Part shown: positions 31,940-41,246 of the stretch, in pieces
How the letters are laid out: every line of letters starts with the position of its first letter
Numbering within the stretch: position 1 is the stretch's first letter
From: an uncultured Candidatus Saccharibacteria bacterium
GTDB lineage: Bacteria > Patescibacteriota > Minisyncoccia > Minisyncoccales > CAYJUL01
NCBI GenBank assembly: GCA_964401295.1
Contig: CAYNXX010000001.1
Coordinates: 35,671-99,670, forward strand
DNA length: 64,000 bases
Direction: 5' to 3'
Translations under genes and position numbers: made by a program
The notes under the pieces: model-generated
Database searches by the model: none
What the model saw: only the letters and a program-made list of their open reading frames with translations
Told to the model about the DNA's origin: nothing

Positions 31940-32624
31940 AAAGCATTTTTATCATTCCCGAAAGCTTAACTTTACTCTTCAGATCATTTTTCCAGCGTAT
32001 CGGAATTTCTTTTATTTTATATCCGCATTTGGCCGCTATTGCCAAAATTTCTGGATCAAATGCCCAGCGGTCTATTTTGCATCTTGGCAAAACATTCTCT
32101 GCCGCGGCCTTGGTCATAGCCTTAAATCCGCACTGCGTATCCTGAATCCCCCACAAACCGACTATTATTTTGCGCACTAGTTTAAATCCGTCGCCCAAAA
32201 CAACTTGCCTAAGCCAGGGTTGTGGGGGGTCTAAAATAGCGCCCTTAATGTCGCGCGAGCCAATAACGATATCGTATCCTTGATCAAACCAAGCTCGCAT
32301 CGCATCAAACTGATCAATGGAGGTGGAATTATCCGCGTCCATAAAAAGGCGTATCTGGCCTTTAGCCGCGAGTATTCCTTGCCTGACGACATAACCCTTG
32401 CCATGATTTTCCTGATTAGCCATAAGACGCGAATTATTTATCTCGGCTTTTGCATTTTCAACTAATAGCGCAGTTGCATCGTGAGATCCGTCGTCGACCA
32501 CAATAATTTCGTATTCATATGGTTGTCTGCGCAAATAGGCATCCACCGCTGCCAAAGTCTTGGGAAGGCGTTTTTCTTCATTGTAAGCCGGAATGATAAC
32601 CGACAAATAAATTTCTTCCAACAT
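31863..32624 (-). CDS. GT2 polyprenyl-phosphate glycosyltransferase (dolichyl-phosphate glucosyl/mannosyltransferase-like)
   Basis: LSVIIPAYNEEKRLPKTL, VVDDGSHD and FMDADNS (DxD). Confidence 0.75.
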   Translation of the reverse strand: MLEEIYLSVIIPAYNEEKRLPKTLAAVDAYLRRQPYEYEIIVVDDGSHDATALLVENAKAEINNSRLMANQENHGKGYVVRQGILAAKGQIRLFMDADNSTSIDQFDAMRAWFDQGYDIVIGSRDIKGAILDPPQPWLRQVVLGDGFKLVRKIIVGLWGIQDTQCGFKAMTKAAAENVLPRCKIDRWAFDPEILAIAAKCGYKIKEIPIRWKNDLKSKVKLSGMIKMLFELIEIRKNMAANVYIKANVDQPRF

Positions 32625-32696
32625 TAATCTATTTTATCATGCGTCGATGCAATAAAAAAGCCAGCCGATGGTTGACATAAAAATATCTGTTTCTAT

Positions 32697-34448
32697 TTAA
32701 AACATTGAATTAATTTTTTGCCGCGTCAGCGCGCCGACGAAGCCGGTTCCACGATTCAATCCGACCGGTTTTAAAATTTCACTTGCGTATTTTTCCTGAA
32801 AACGGATTACAGCTGCTTTTGTTAGTCCTAAGAAATTACCGGTCACCAAACCTTCCGGATAAATTTCGGCTCCCTGTCCCTTCAAAACCCCCTGCAAACA
32901 GCTAACTTCATAACCCTTCATTCCATAGCGCAAATCTGTTTCTAATTTTTGGCATACGATATTTGCTGATTGTCCTGAATAACTTCCGGTCGAAAGCTTT
33001 GTCTGCAAAACCGCGATTTGAGCTTTAAGCTCGGCTATTTTCTGCTGCAATTGAGCCAAATTATCATTTGCCCCTGAAGAAACTACACTCGTTTCGTTGC
33101 CCTTAAGAGATATTGTCCATGATAATGGGTAAGACTGGCGCGGAGTTGAAGAATCGCCAAGTCTTATATCCTGAATTGTCGGCATCAAAATTATGGAAAT
33201 ATTTTTCGTGCCAAAATCCGGGAATTCCGCACGCGCGGGACGGTTCGTGTCTAACCTTAATTCGCCAACCTGAAATTTATTTTCCGGCAGTTCAACCACA
33301 TAGACGACTCTCGTATTTACATTTTTGGGCGCATTAAAATCAATCTTTAGGGTATCGCGCCCTCCTATAAATTTGTACCAACTTGCGGCCCAGTTATTAG
33401 CCCATAACGTTATAGAAATGGTGCTGTCGCCTGAAAGAGGCAAGAAATAGATTGATGGCGTTATTTTTATTTTGGCCACAGCCGGATTCGTATAACAATA
33501 CTCTTGACCGATTGAACAATTATTAACGGCTAGGGCGACAATCCATTTGGTAAAAACATCGCTGAAACTATCTTTGAAACCTTCCTTGGCCAAGGCTTCA
33601 TTAATAGCATTGATGCCCGTAGATTGTGTCTTTAAGATATCGGCTAAAACCTGCCAGCCGTAACGATCTAAAAGATACTGGCCAAAAAGATCTATTACGC
33701 CGTAATCCGATAAATCTCCGTTCCACTCGGTAAGGGAATCGGTAGGTTTTGCCAAAAATATTTTCAATCTTTGTTCCAGGAGGCTGCCGGAAAAACTATC
33801 ATTATAGCCTAAAACAGATACGGACATGTCAGCCAGCATCTCTTGGAGCCATAAATCATCTCCTATGCCGATTTTTTTTTCTTTCTGATTAAAAGCTATA
33901 AGATGAGTAAACTCGTGTGCAAGGCTACTTTTGGCAATAGGATCCTGGATTTTATCTGCATTCAAATAAACCATCTCTCTTTCATTTGAAACAGCGCCCT
34001 GAAGAGTATAATATTCATCGTCGGACCTCCAGTAACCGCTGACATCTTTTTTCATCTGCTGCAATAAAATAGTTATGCGTGAATCGTTATCTATGCCGGG
34101 ATTCCATTCCGAACCGAATTTGGAAGTTAAATTTGGGTAAATTTTGTTTTCAAATTCCGAAGTTAATTCATCTATTTTGTTCAAATACGCGGAGCGATCC
34201 AGGGCTGGATTATTCCACCAATCTTTATCTGCATACCAATATAATCGATCCGAAGTTTTGATTAAAACTGCGGCTAATTGATTTCTGTTATAGAGATCAT
34301 AATTTTTGGAAATGTAAAAATTTTGCTGCGTCTCTGCCGAAATGCCGCTAATTAAAAAAAACAGCGCTGCAAAAGAAAAAATGAAAACGCGTATATTTTT
34401 TTGAGAATTTAATTGCATGGATTTCTTATCATAACTTCTATCTGTCAA
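32697..34448 (-). CDS. secreted HExxH metalloprotease-like protein with a C-terminal peptidoglycan-binding domain
   Basis: N-terminal signal/anchor VFIFSFAALFFLISGISA, LAHEFTHL (HExxH), a coiled segment, and a C-terminal PG_binding_1-like region GYEVSCLQGVL...GNFLGLTKAAVIRFQEKY. Confidence 0.55.
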   Translation of the reverse strand: MTDRSYDKKSMQLNSQKNIRVFIFSFAALFFLISGISAETQQNFYISKNYDLYNRNQLAAVLIKTSDRLYWYADKDWWNNPALDRSAYLNKIDELTSEFENKIYPNLTSKFGSEWNPGIDNDSRITILLQQMKKDVSGYWRSDDEYYTLQGAVSNEREMVYLNADKIQDPIAKSSLAHEFTHLIAFNQKEKKIGIGDDLWLQEMLADMSVSVLGYNDSFSGSLLEQRLKIFLAKPTDSLTEWNGDLSDYGVIDLFGQYLLDRYGWQVLADILKTQSTGINAINEALAKEGFKDSFSDVFTKWIVALAVNNCSIGQEYCYTNPAVAKIKITPSIYFLPLSGDSTISITLWANNWAASWYKFIGGRDTLKIDFNAPKNVNTRVVYVVELPENKFQVGELRLDTNRPARAEFPDFGTKNISIILMPTIQDIRLGDSSTPRQSYPLSWTISLKGNETSVVSSGANDNLAQLQQKIAELKAQIAVLQTKLSTGSYSGQSANIVCQKLETDLRYGMKGYEVSCLQGVLKGQGAEIYPEGLVTGNFLGLTKAAVIRFQEKYASEILKPVGLNRGTGFVGALTRQKINSMF

Positions 34449-34473
34449 AAAAGCAAATTATGTAAATACGCCG

Positions 34474-35541
34474 TTATTGGCCTTTTGCAAAAAGCACTAT
34501 TTTAATTGATTTTAAAATAATCGATAGGTCCAGCAAAACCGACATGTTTTGGATATAATAGAGATCGTATTTTAATTTTTCTCTGGCATCCTCCACAGAG
34601 TCGCCATAAGGAAAATTCAGCTGCGCCCAGCCTAAAACTCCAGGCTGAGTAAGCAGTCTAAGTTTATAATGCGGTATTTCTTTCTCGAGCATGGCCGTGA
34701 ATTCGGGCCTTTCTGGTCTGGGCCCCACCAATGAGATGTCGCCTTTTAAAATATTTATGGCCTGCGGAAGCTCATCCAGATGCAATCTCCTCAAAATATA
34801 GCCAGCCACAGTAACTCTTTCGTCAATTTTGCCAGCCCAACGGGGTCCTTCTTTTTCCGCATCCTCTACCATCGTACGGAATTTATATAGCGCGAATATC
34901 TTTCCCCCTTTACCCAGTCTTTTTTGTGTATAGAAAATTTTTCCCGAAGAGGTAAATTTTATCAGAGAAGCCACAGGTATAAAAAACAGACCTAAAATAA
35001 TCAAACCGATGGCTCCAAAAATTAAATCAATCGTTCTTTTTGCCAAATATCCAGTTTTGTTTCTTTTTTTTGCAAATGATTCTAAAAATAGATCTTCCTG
35101 TAATTTTTCCAAATATACGATTTTAATTTCGCTGCCGTCTTTTATGGGAGAAACTATGAAAAGCGCAGAACGAAAAATAAGAATAAAAATAGTGAATATT
35201 GCCGTATAAAACAGCAAAATAGTTTTAGGCGCGATGCCAGCTGATGATTTAAAATAAAAATAAGCTATGCCGGAGATGAATATAGCAATCACCAAACCAA
35301 TAATATTTCTGGCGAAATCTTTATCTGCGCTTATGCGTGGTTCATAAAAATCAAATATAAAGAGGAACAAAATCCATAATGGCGCTAAAACTGAAAAATG
35401 ATACAATAATTGGTTAAATTCGGCTCCGCCCAAAAATTCAAAATTTCCATGTCTTATGGCAAGAGTTAAAAATAAAGATAAATAAATTAAAAAGATGTCC
35501 CCAGCAATCAAAGCCATCCAGAGGACATTTGAAATTTTCAT
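34474..35541 (-). CDS. polyprenyl-phosphate glycosyl-1-phosphate transferase (bacterial sugar transferase, WbaP-like)
   Basis: KRTIDLIFGAIGLIIL...YTQKRLGKGGKIFALYKFRTM...PGVLGWAQ. Start set at MKISNVLW (ATG 35539-35541). The ORF-track 5' extension overlaps the upstream gene. Confidence 0.85.
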   Translation of the reverse strand: MKISNVLWMALIAGDIFLIYLSLFLTLAIRHGNFEFLGGAEFNQLLYHFSVLAPLWILFLFIFDFYEPRISADKDFARNIIGLVIAIFISGIAYFYFKSSAGIAPKTILLFYTAIFTIFILIFRSALFIVSPIKDGSEIKIVYLEKLQEDLFLESFAKKRNKTGYLAKRTIDLIFGAIGLIILGLFFIPVASLIKFTSSGKIFYTQKRLGKGGKIFALYKFRTMVEDAEKEGPRWAGKIDERVTVAGYILRRLHLDELPQAINILKGDISLVGPRPERPEFTAMLEKEIPHYKLRLLTQPGVLGWAQLNFPYGDSVEDAREKLKYDLYYIQNMSVLLDLSIILKSIKIVLFAKGQ

Positions 35542-35548
35542 GATGAAT

Positions 35549-36517
35549 TTACTTAGAACTTCCCACTTGCTGGATGATCCAATTGTAAGTTTTTCCCAAT
35601 CCCTCTTCAAGAGACATTTTCGGTTCCCAACCCAAAACTTGTTTGCACAATGTATTGTCGGAATTTCTGCCGCGAACGCCCTGCGGTTTATCCAAAAGAT
35701 ATTTCTTGTGGATGGTTTTACCTGCATGATTTGCAATAATATCCGCCATTTCGTCTATAGTAATCAGCCGGTCTGAACCGATATTGAGCGGCTCTTTGAT
35801 TTCCGACTCCATCAACCTGTAAACACCTTCAACACAATCATCTATATAGCAAAAAGATCTGGTTTGCTTTCCGTCGCCCCAAATCTCAAGTTCGCCGCCA
35901 TCGGGCAAAAGGGCAATTTTGCGCGACAACGCAGCTGGCGCTTTTTCCCTACCTCCGTCATAAGTACCTTCAGGCCCATAAATATTATGAAACCTTGCGA
36001 TTCGCACTTCAAGATTGTAATCTCTGTTGTATTTCTGGTACATATGCTCAGAAAATAATTTTTCCCAGCCGTAACCGTCTTCCGGATCCGCGGGATAGGC
36101 ATCACTTTCTTTAAGCGCCGTTATTTGCGCATCTTTTTGCTTATATCCTGGATAAATGCAGGCTGAAGAAGAATAAAACAGGCGCTTAACTCCGGAAAGG
36201 CGCGAAGCTTCAGCTATATTTATATTAATGGTGGCATTATCCCTTACCACATCCGCTTTAACTGCGCTGATAAAACCGATTCCGCCCATGTTTGCGGCCA
36301 AAGTATACACTTTATCTATGCCATTGACCGCTTCCATGGCGTTTCTGAAATTGCGCAAATCCAAAATTAAAAACTCATCCGCTTCATCCTTGGGTGAATA
36401 TTCCGGATATTTAATATCTACGCCCCTAACCCAATAGCCATTGTTTTTGAGATATCGCACCAGGTGATGCCCGATAAATCCTCCGGCGCCGGTAACTAAA
36501 ATTTTTTCTTGCGGCAT
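35549..36517 (-). CDS. SDR NDP-sugar epimerase, GDP-mannose 3,5-epimerase-like
   Basis: VTGAGGFIGHHL Rossmann motif. AANMGGIGFI...NINIAEASRLSGVKRLFYSSSACIYP closely follows the GME pattern NMGGMGFI...SSACIYP as I recall it. Confidence 0.65.
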   Translation of the reverse strand: MPQEKILVTGAGGFIGHHLVRYLKNNGYWVRGVDIKYPEYSPKDEADEFLILDLRNFRNAMEAVNGIDKVYTLAANMGGIGFISAVKADVVRDNATININIAEASRLSGVKRLFYSSSACIYPGYKQKDAQITALKESDAYPADPEDGYGWEKLFSEHMYQKYNRDYNLEVRIARFHNIYGPEGTYDGGREKAPAALSRKIALLPDGGELEIWGDGKQTRSFCYIDDCVEGVYRLMESEIKEPLNIGSDRLITIDEMADIIANHAGKTIHKKYLLDKPQGVRGRNSDNTLCKQVLGWEPKMSLEEGLGKTYNWIIQQVGSSK

Positions 36518-36528
36518 AGATAAATAAT

Positions 36529-37140
36529 CTAAGAAACTTTTCCTTCTTTTTTAAGCCCCTCCCATTTATACTCTCTCTCTTTAAGAGCGTTCACCAATAA
36601 ATGCACCAAGACAATTTGCCAGCCTTCCGCATGGGGCGTAATTCGTTCTTCGTGGACGACAGGCACCAAAATACAGGCGTCAGCCATTTTTTTGGTCATA
36701 CCCCCATCTCGACTCACAATTCCCAAAATTTTTGCCCCAATTTCTTTGGCATGCTCCATCGCCAGCACAATATTTTTGGATGTATGCTCGGACCCGCCGC
36801 CAACCGAAAGAACGAAAACAGCATCTTTTTTGTTTAAACGCGAGCCCTTTAATGCGCGCACGAATGTGGATTCCCATCCATGATCATTGGTCAAAGCGGT
36901 CAACTGCGCAACGTGATCAAGCGGAGCATATGCCTCAATGTTGCACGTAAGACGAAAATCGCTTGCCGCATGCGAAGCGTTTGCAGCCGATCCTCCAACG
37001 CCAACGAAAAACAAACGTCCTCCTTCCTCACGAACAACCCGCAAAGCTTCAATGGTCTTTTGAATCTGCTCACGATCAATTGTCTGTGCAATCTGCGCAG
37101 ATTCCTTTAAATGGGTATTGATATATTCTTTATAATCCAT
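36529..37140 (-). CDS. gmhA: SIS-domain sedoheptulose-7-phosphate isomerase
   Basis: GRLFFVGVGGSAANASHAASDF and VFVLSVGGGSEHT are SIS/GmhA-type motifs. 203 aa. Confidence 0.75.
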   Translation of the reverse strand: MDYKEYINTHLKESAQIAQTIDREQIQKTIEALRVVREEGGRLFFVGVGGSAANASHAASDFRLTCNIEAYAPLDHVAQLTALTNDHGWESTFVRALKGSRLNKKDAVFVLSVGGGSEHTSKNIVLAMEHAKEIGAKILGIVSRDGGMTKKMADACILVPVVHEERITPHAEGWQIVLVHLLVNALKEREYKWEGLKKEGKVS

Positions 37141-37175
37141 GATGATTTTTAGAGATTGAAATTGATAATTGAAAA

Positions 37176-37895
37176 TTATAATTTATATCCGGCCAACTTT
37201 GCATCATTATAAAACATTCGTACCGTGTCAAGCGAAAGATCTGTAAGATCGCGTCCGAGCTGTTCTACATTTTTAAGCAAATCCGGAGTTACCGTAATGA
37301 TGTGACAACCCGATTCTTCGGCGTGAAAGATGTTTAAAAATTCGCGAGAGCTTGCCCATAGAAGTTCTGCGCCGTTAACCGACGAAACTAACTGGGCAGC
37401 TTCGCTCATTATAGGCAAAGGATTTATTCCAGTATTGGATATTCTGCCGGCAAAAACTGAAATTATACTGGGAACTCCTGGATTTAAGGCCGACAAAATG
37501 TGTTTTACCTGCTCTAAGGTTAAAATTGCGGTAATGTTCAGTTTAACTTTGGCCTCGGCCAAACGCTTTACTAAATCAAAAGACGATTCTCCTTTTGTAT
37601 TCGTTATCGGTATTTTCACGTAAATATTATCCGCCCATCCGGCTATTTTTTTTGCCTGACGTTCCATCTCGCCGAATTCATCGGAAAAAACCTCAAAAGA
37701 TATCGGTTTATCTTTGATCTCCGTCAAAAGTTCCTTCGCGAACTCTTCATAATCCGAAATACCGGCCTTTTTCATCAAAGTGGGATTGGTGGTAAATCCT
37801 TTGATGTACGGCTTCTTGTTTAATGCCAAAAAGCTAGCTTTGTCAGCTCCATCGGCAAAAATTTTCACCTTAAGATCTTCTATTTTCAAACTCAT
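37176..37895 (-). CDS. transaldolase / fructose-6-phosphate aldolase family protein
   Basis: KIFADGAD, GFTTNPTLM, and YVKIPIT (Schiff-base Lys region). 239 aa, the short Tal/FSA type. Confidence 0.8.
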   Translation of the reverse strand: MSLKIEDLKVKIFADGADKASFLALNKKPYIKGFTTNPTLMKKAGISDYEEFAKELLTEIKDKPISFEVFSDEFGEMERQAKKIAGWADNIYVKIPITNTKGESSFDLVKRLAEAKVKLNITAILTLEQVKHILSALNPGVPSIISVFAGRISNTGINPLPIMSEAAQLVSSVNGAELLWASSREFLNIFHAEESGCHIITVTPDLLKNVEQLGRDLTDLSLDTVRMFYNDAKLAGYKL

Positions 37896-37950
37896 ACGAA
37901 TTGCTAATCTTATGCCTAATCTAACCAGATTTAAAGGTATAAGTCAAGGC

Positions 37951-38670
37951 TTAGCCGTCTATTTGCGCACAATATTCTTCGGCATCTTTATATGATCCAA
38001 GCGTATCTATACCTTTAGAATAATCGTCGCATTCGTAGCCATAAAATTTTTCGCCACGCACAATAACATCAGGCAAAAGCTGGCTGCCGATTTCATAGTA
38101 TATATTTTCCGGCACGTATTGTAAAATTCTTTTTTTCAAAATGAATATGCCGCGCATTCCTTTATAATTTAGCGGCAATTCTTTATGTGGCTTGGCGTAA
38201 ATTTTAACAAAGCGAAGTTCGCTATCAACTTCAACTAGGTCTTTATCTCGCGGATTTGCCGTCTCGCCAATTCTTTGCATGCCTATAGCATCGGGCTTCG
38301 TTTTCCAGTATTCATAATATCTTGCGTAATCCATCAGGGAGAAAATGTCTCCATATATTACAAAAAATTCTTCATTCAATTTTGACTCAAAGCTTTTTAT
38401 TCCGCCGGCCGTGCCCAAAATTTCCGGTTCAAAACGATAATTTATTTTCACATCCAATTTTGATCCGTCGCCAAAATAATTTGTAATCGCGTCCGGCAAA
38501 TAATGCAGATTTAGAAAAAACTCGCCGACGCCGTATTTTTTGAACTGCAAAATATTTCGCTCCAAAAGCGGACGGCCCGCGATCGGAATCATAACCTTCG
38601 GAATATTATCGGTTATGGGGCGCAGACGTGTACCCAGGCCAGCCGATAAAATAACCGCTTGTTTTATCAT
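37951..38670 (-). CDS. hddC: heptose/mannose-1-phosphate guanylyltransferase-like nucleotidyltransferase
   Basis: AVILSAGLGTRLRPITDNIPKVMIPIAGRPLL. ATGA overlap with gmhB. Confidence 0.7.
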   Translation of the reverse strand: MIKQAVILSAGLGTRLRPITDNIPKVMIPIAGRPLLERNILQFKKYGVGEFFLNLHYLPDAITNYFGDGSKLDVKINYRFEPEILGTAGGIKSFESKLNEEFFVIYGDIFSLMDYARYYEYWKTKPDAIGMQRIGETANPRDKDLVEVDSELRFVKIYAKPHKELPLNYKGMRGIFILKKRILQYVPENIYYEIGSQLLPDVIVRGEKFYGYECDDYSKGIDTLGSYKDAEEYCAQIDG

Positions 38671-39236
38671 CGTTTTGCCTCTCGTTTAATTATTGACGCC
38701 GCTTCTTTTAAGTTGCGCGCGATAAAATCCGGCTTGCCGGCATGCTTTCCGTCGCGACCGGCAGATCCAGTTTTAACCAAAATCATTTTTATTTTCGCGC
38801 GGTTTCCCGCGGCAATATCCGCGGTTCTGTCGCCAACGATAAAACTTTTTTTAAGATCAATGTTGAATTTTTTTACGGCTTGAAGGATCATTCCGATATT
38901 TGGTTTTCTGCAGCGACACCGTATGCGGTATTTTGGTAATGTGGCTTCGGGATGATGCGGGCAAAAATAAACGGCGTCTATTTTTGCGCCTTTTTTTGCG
39001 AGCCGTTGCGCCAATAAAGCATGAATGGCATCAACTTCTTTTTTTGTTGCAAAACCCCGTGCCACAACCGGCTGATTTGTAACGACAATTATTAAAAATC
39101 CTAATTTATTAAGCGTTTTGACGGCCTCGGCCACTCCGGGAAAGAGTCTTACCCTTTCAAAGTTTTCTAATTTCGTATTGGAACTTTCAAGAATAAGCGT
39201 GCCGTCCCTGTCAAAAAAAACCGCCGGCTTTTTCAT
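38667..39236 (-). CDS. gmhB: D,D-heptose 1,7-bisphosphate phosphatase (HAD-IIIA)
   Basis: FFDRDGTL (DxDxT), VVTNQP, zinc site CPHHPE...CRCRKP, and GDRTADI. Start set at MKKPAVFFD (ATG 39234-39236), which forms an ATGA overlap with the upstream gene. Confidence 0.82.
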   Translation of the reverse strand: MKKPAVFFDRDGTLILESSNTKLENFERVRLFPGVAEAVKTLNKLGFLIIVVTNQPVVARGFATKKEVDAIHALLAQRLAKKGAKIDAVYFCPHHPEATLPKYRIRCRCRKPNIGMILQAVKKFNIDLKKSFIVGDRTADIAAGNRAKIKMILVKTGSAGRDGKHAGKPDFIARNLKEAASIIKREAKR

Positions 39237-40258
39237 AGCCCATCGCGAGTCGTCTTTTTTTCCGCCCAATAATAAACGCGGCGCAAACCCTCATCCAGGA
39301 CAGTTTCCGGCTGCCAGTCAAGAAGCATTTTTACCCTGCGCATGTTTGCGGTTCGCGAAATTGGCCCGACCGGTTTTTTTAAATCGTACTTCAGTTTGAT
39401 TTTTTTTCCTGAAATGGCGATAATTTTTTTGGCCAGCTCTCTGATTGTTGTGGGCTTTCCTGATCCAAGGTTAATAATCAACGGTGAATCGTTCAAAATG
39501 GCTTCAAGTCTTAACAAAGCCTCAGCGCAGTCGCTGACATAAATATAATCTCGGCTTTGCTTTCCTGATCCCCAAATAATAAAATCTTCTTTTGGGTACG
39601 CCAAAGATTTCTTTATGAATCTTGAAATCACGTGGGCTTTTTCGTCAAGCGGCTCATTTTCGCCGTATGCGCTGAAAATTCTAGCAATGCCGACTTTTAT
39701 TTTTTTATTCTGGCAAAGCTCAATCTCGGCCAAGATTTTTGCCAGGCCATAACCGCCGTCAGGATTTATATACATCTTAAACTGCCTTTTGGGATTGTTT
39801 TTAGTAAGCGGCGAAAAATCTTTTTCCGAAAAAACCGTGCCGTCAGCGTATTGTTTTTCCATATCGTAAACTGCCACGCTTGAAGCATAAATTAGTTTTG
39901 AAACTTCCTGTTCCTGACAAGCCCTAAAAACATTCGCATCGATAGCAAGATTGTTTTCCAGAACTCTTAACTCCGCGTTTTCTCTACCGTGAAGATATTG
40001 AAGCCCGCCGACCACTGCGGCAAGATGAAAAACGCTGCTGGCATTTTTAAAAATATTTTGTAGCGAGTTACAATCGGCCAGGTCAATTTTCTTGAAACTG
40101 AAATCATTACGCGTCAAACCAAGACCCAGCAAATTATCTATGCTTCCGGATGATAAATCATCCAAAATTAGAACTTCTCGTCCTTTTTTAATTAGTTTCT
40201 TTACAAGATGTGAACCGATAAATCCGGCCCCGCCGGTAACTATTGTAAATTTTTTCAT
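39233..40258 (-). CDS. SDR NDP-sugar epimerase/dehydratase/reductase
   Basis: VTGGAGFIGSHL. The Y-x-x-x-K region reads GGYGLAKILAE. 341 aa. Embedded in the heptose operon. Confidence 0.7.
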   Translation of the reverse strand: MKKFTIVTGGAGFIGSHLVKKLIKKGREVLILDDLSSGSIDNLLGLGLTRNDFSFKKIDLADCNSLQNIFKNASSVFHLAAVVGGLQYLHGRENAELRVLENNLAIDANVFRACQEQEVSKLIYASSVAVYDMEKQYADGTVFSEKDFSPLTKNNPKRQFKMYINPDGGYGLAKILAEIELCQNKKIKVGIARIFSAYGENEPLDEKAHVISRFIKKSLAYPKEDFIIWGSGKQSRDYIYVSDCAEALLRLEAILNDSPLIINLGSGKPTTIRELAKKIIAISGKKIKLKYDLKKPVGPISRTANMRRVKMLLDWQPETVLDEGLRRVYYWAEKKTTRDGL

Positions 40259-40259
40259 A

Positions 40260-41246
40260 TTAAAAGTTCATTAAAGTTTTTGAACCTTCGAAATCAAAAT
40301 GGTAGCGCATTTCTTCCAGGCCGAGATTCTTCATTTTTTTTCTAAACTGGTTATGGTTTTTTTCTATATAAAAAGTAAAAAATCCTCCGCCACCAGCTCC
40401 GGAAATTTTACCGCCCAAAGCGCCGGCTTCCTTGGCTTCTTCATAAATATTGTCAAAACGCGGATTTGTCATTTTTGCCGAAATGCGTTTTTTGTACTGC
40501 CAATGCTTGTCAAAAAGCAAACCTATGTCAGTCAAATTTCCGCTCTCGGCGGCTTCTAGAATTTTATAGCCGATGTCTTTTATATAATGCATGCTCTCAA
40601 TCACATCTTTTTTCTCGTCTTTGGCTCCCTGTGACTGTTCAGATAAAATCTCGTCTGCCGAGCGCGAGATTTGGGTATAAAACATCAAAAGATTAATATT
40701 CAATTCGTCTATGTTTTCCTGCGAGATTTTTGCGGCTCTTACTTTAACCTTGCCCTCTTTGTCTATGTCTAAAACCGTGGTGCCTCCGAAAGCCGCCATA
40801 TATTGATCCTGTTTGCCGATCGGTCTTTTTAAAATTTCTATTTCAAGATGGCAGGCCTGTTCCGCCAACTCCTCCAGCGAAACGTATTCCCTTTTTAAAA
40901 CGTGCAAGGCGTGGAGCAATCCCACAACATAGCAACTTGAAGATCCGAGGCCGGTTCCGGCCGGCACGTCGGCCAAAGAATCAATTTCTATGGCATTGTT
41001 TATGCCCATCACGCGCAGCGCCTCACGCGCCAAATCGTGCTTTAAGCCCTCAATGTTTTCCGTGATTTCGGTCTGGCTGTATTTCAGACGCACAAGCTTA
41101 TCAACAATTGGCCGGTTAACGCTTATGAACATATATTTGTCTATACCCGCGGAAAAAATAAAACCGCCGTATTTTGAATAATAGGCCGGGATATCGGTCC
41201 CCCCTCCGCCCAAAGTAACCCTGAATGGCGAACGCGTAATAATCAT
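40260..41246 (-). CDS. hddA: GHMP kinase, D-glycero-D-manno-heptose 7-phosphate kinase-like
   Basis: SPFRVTLGGGGTDIPAYY and the GHMP motif PAGTGLGSSS. 328 aa. Confidence 0.78.
   Translation of the reverse strand: MIITRSPFRVTLGGGGTDIPAYYSKYGGFIFSAGIDKYMFISVNRPIVDKLVRLKYSQTEITENIEGLKHDLAREALRVMGINNAIEIDSLADVPAGTGLGSSSCYVVGLLHALHVLKREYVSLEELAEQACHLEIEILKRPIGKQDQYMAAFGGTTVLDIDKEGKVKVRAAKISQENIDELNINLLMFYTQISRSADEILSEQSQGAKDEKKDVIESMHYIKDIGYKILEAAESGNLTDIGLLFDKHWQYKKRISAKMTNPRFDNIYEEAKEAGALGGKISGAGGGGFFTFYIEKNHNQFRKKMKNLGLEEMRYHFDFEGSKTLMNF

Noticed and set aside
32625-32696. A possible terminator between the GT2 gene and the HExxH protein gene (CCAGCCGATGG... followed by TTTTTT on the minus strand).
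   Set aside because: The stem is only 3-4 bp as far as I can pair it. That is too weak to report as a feature.
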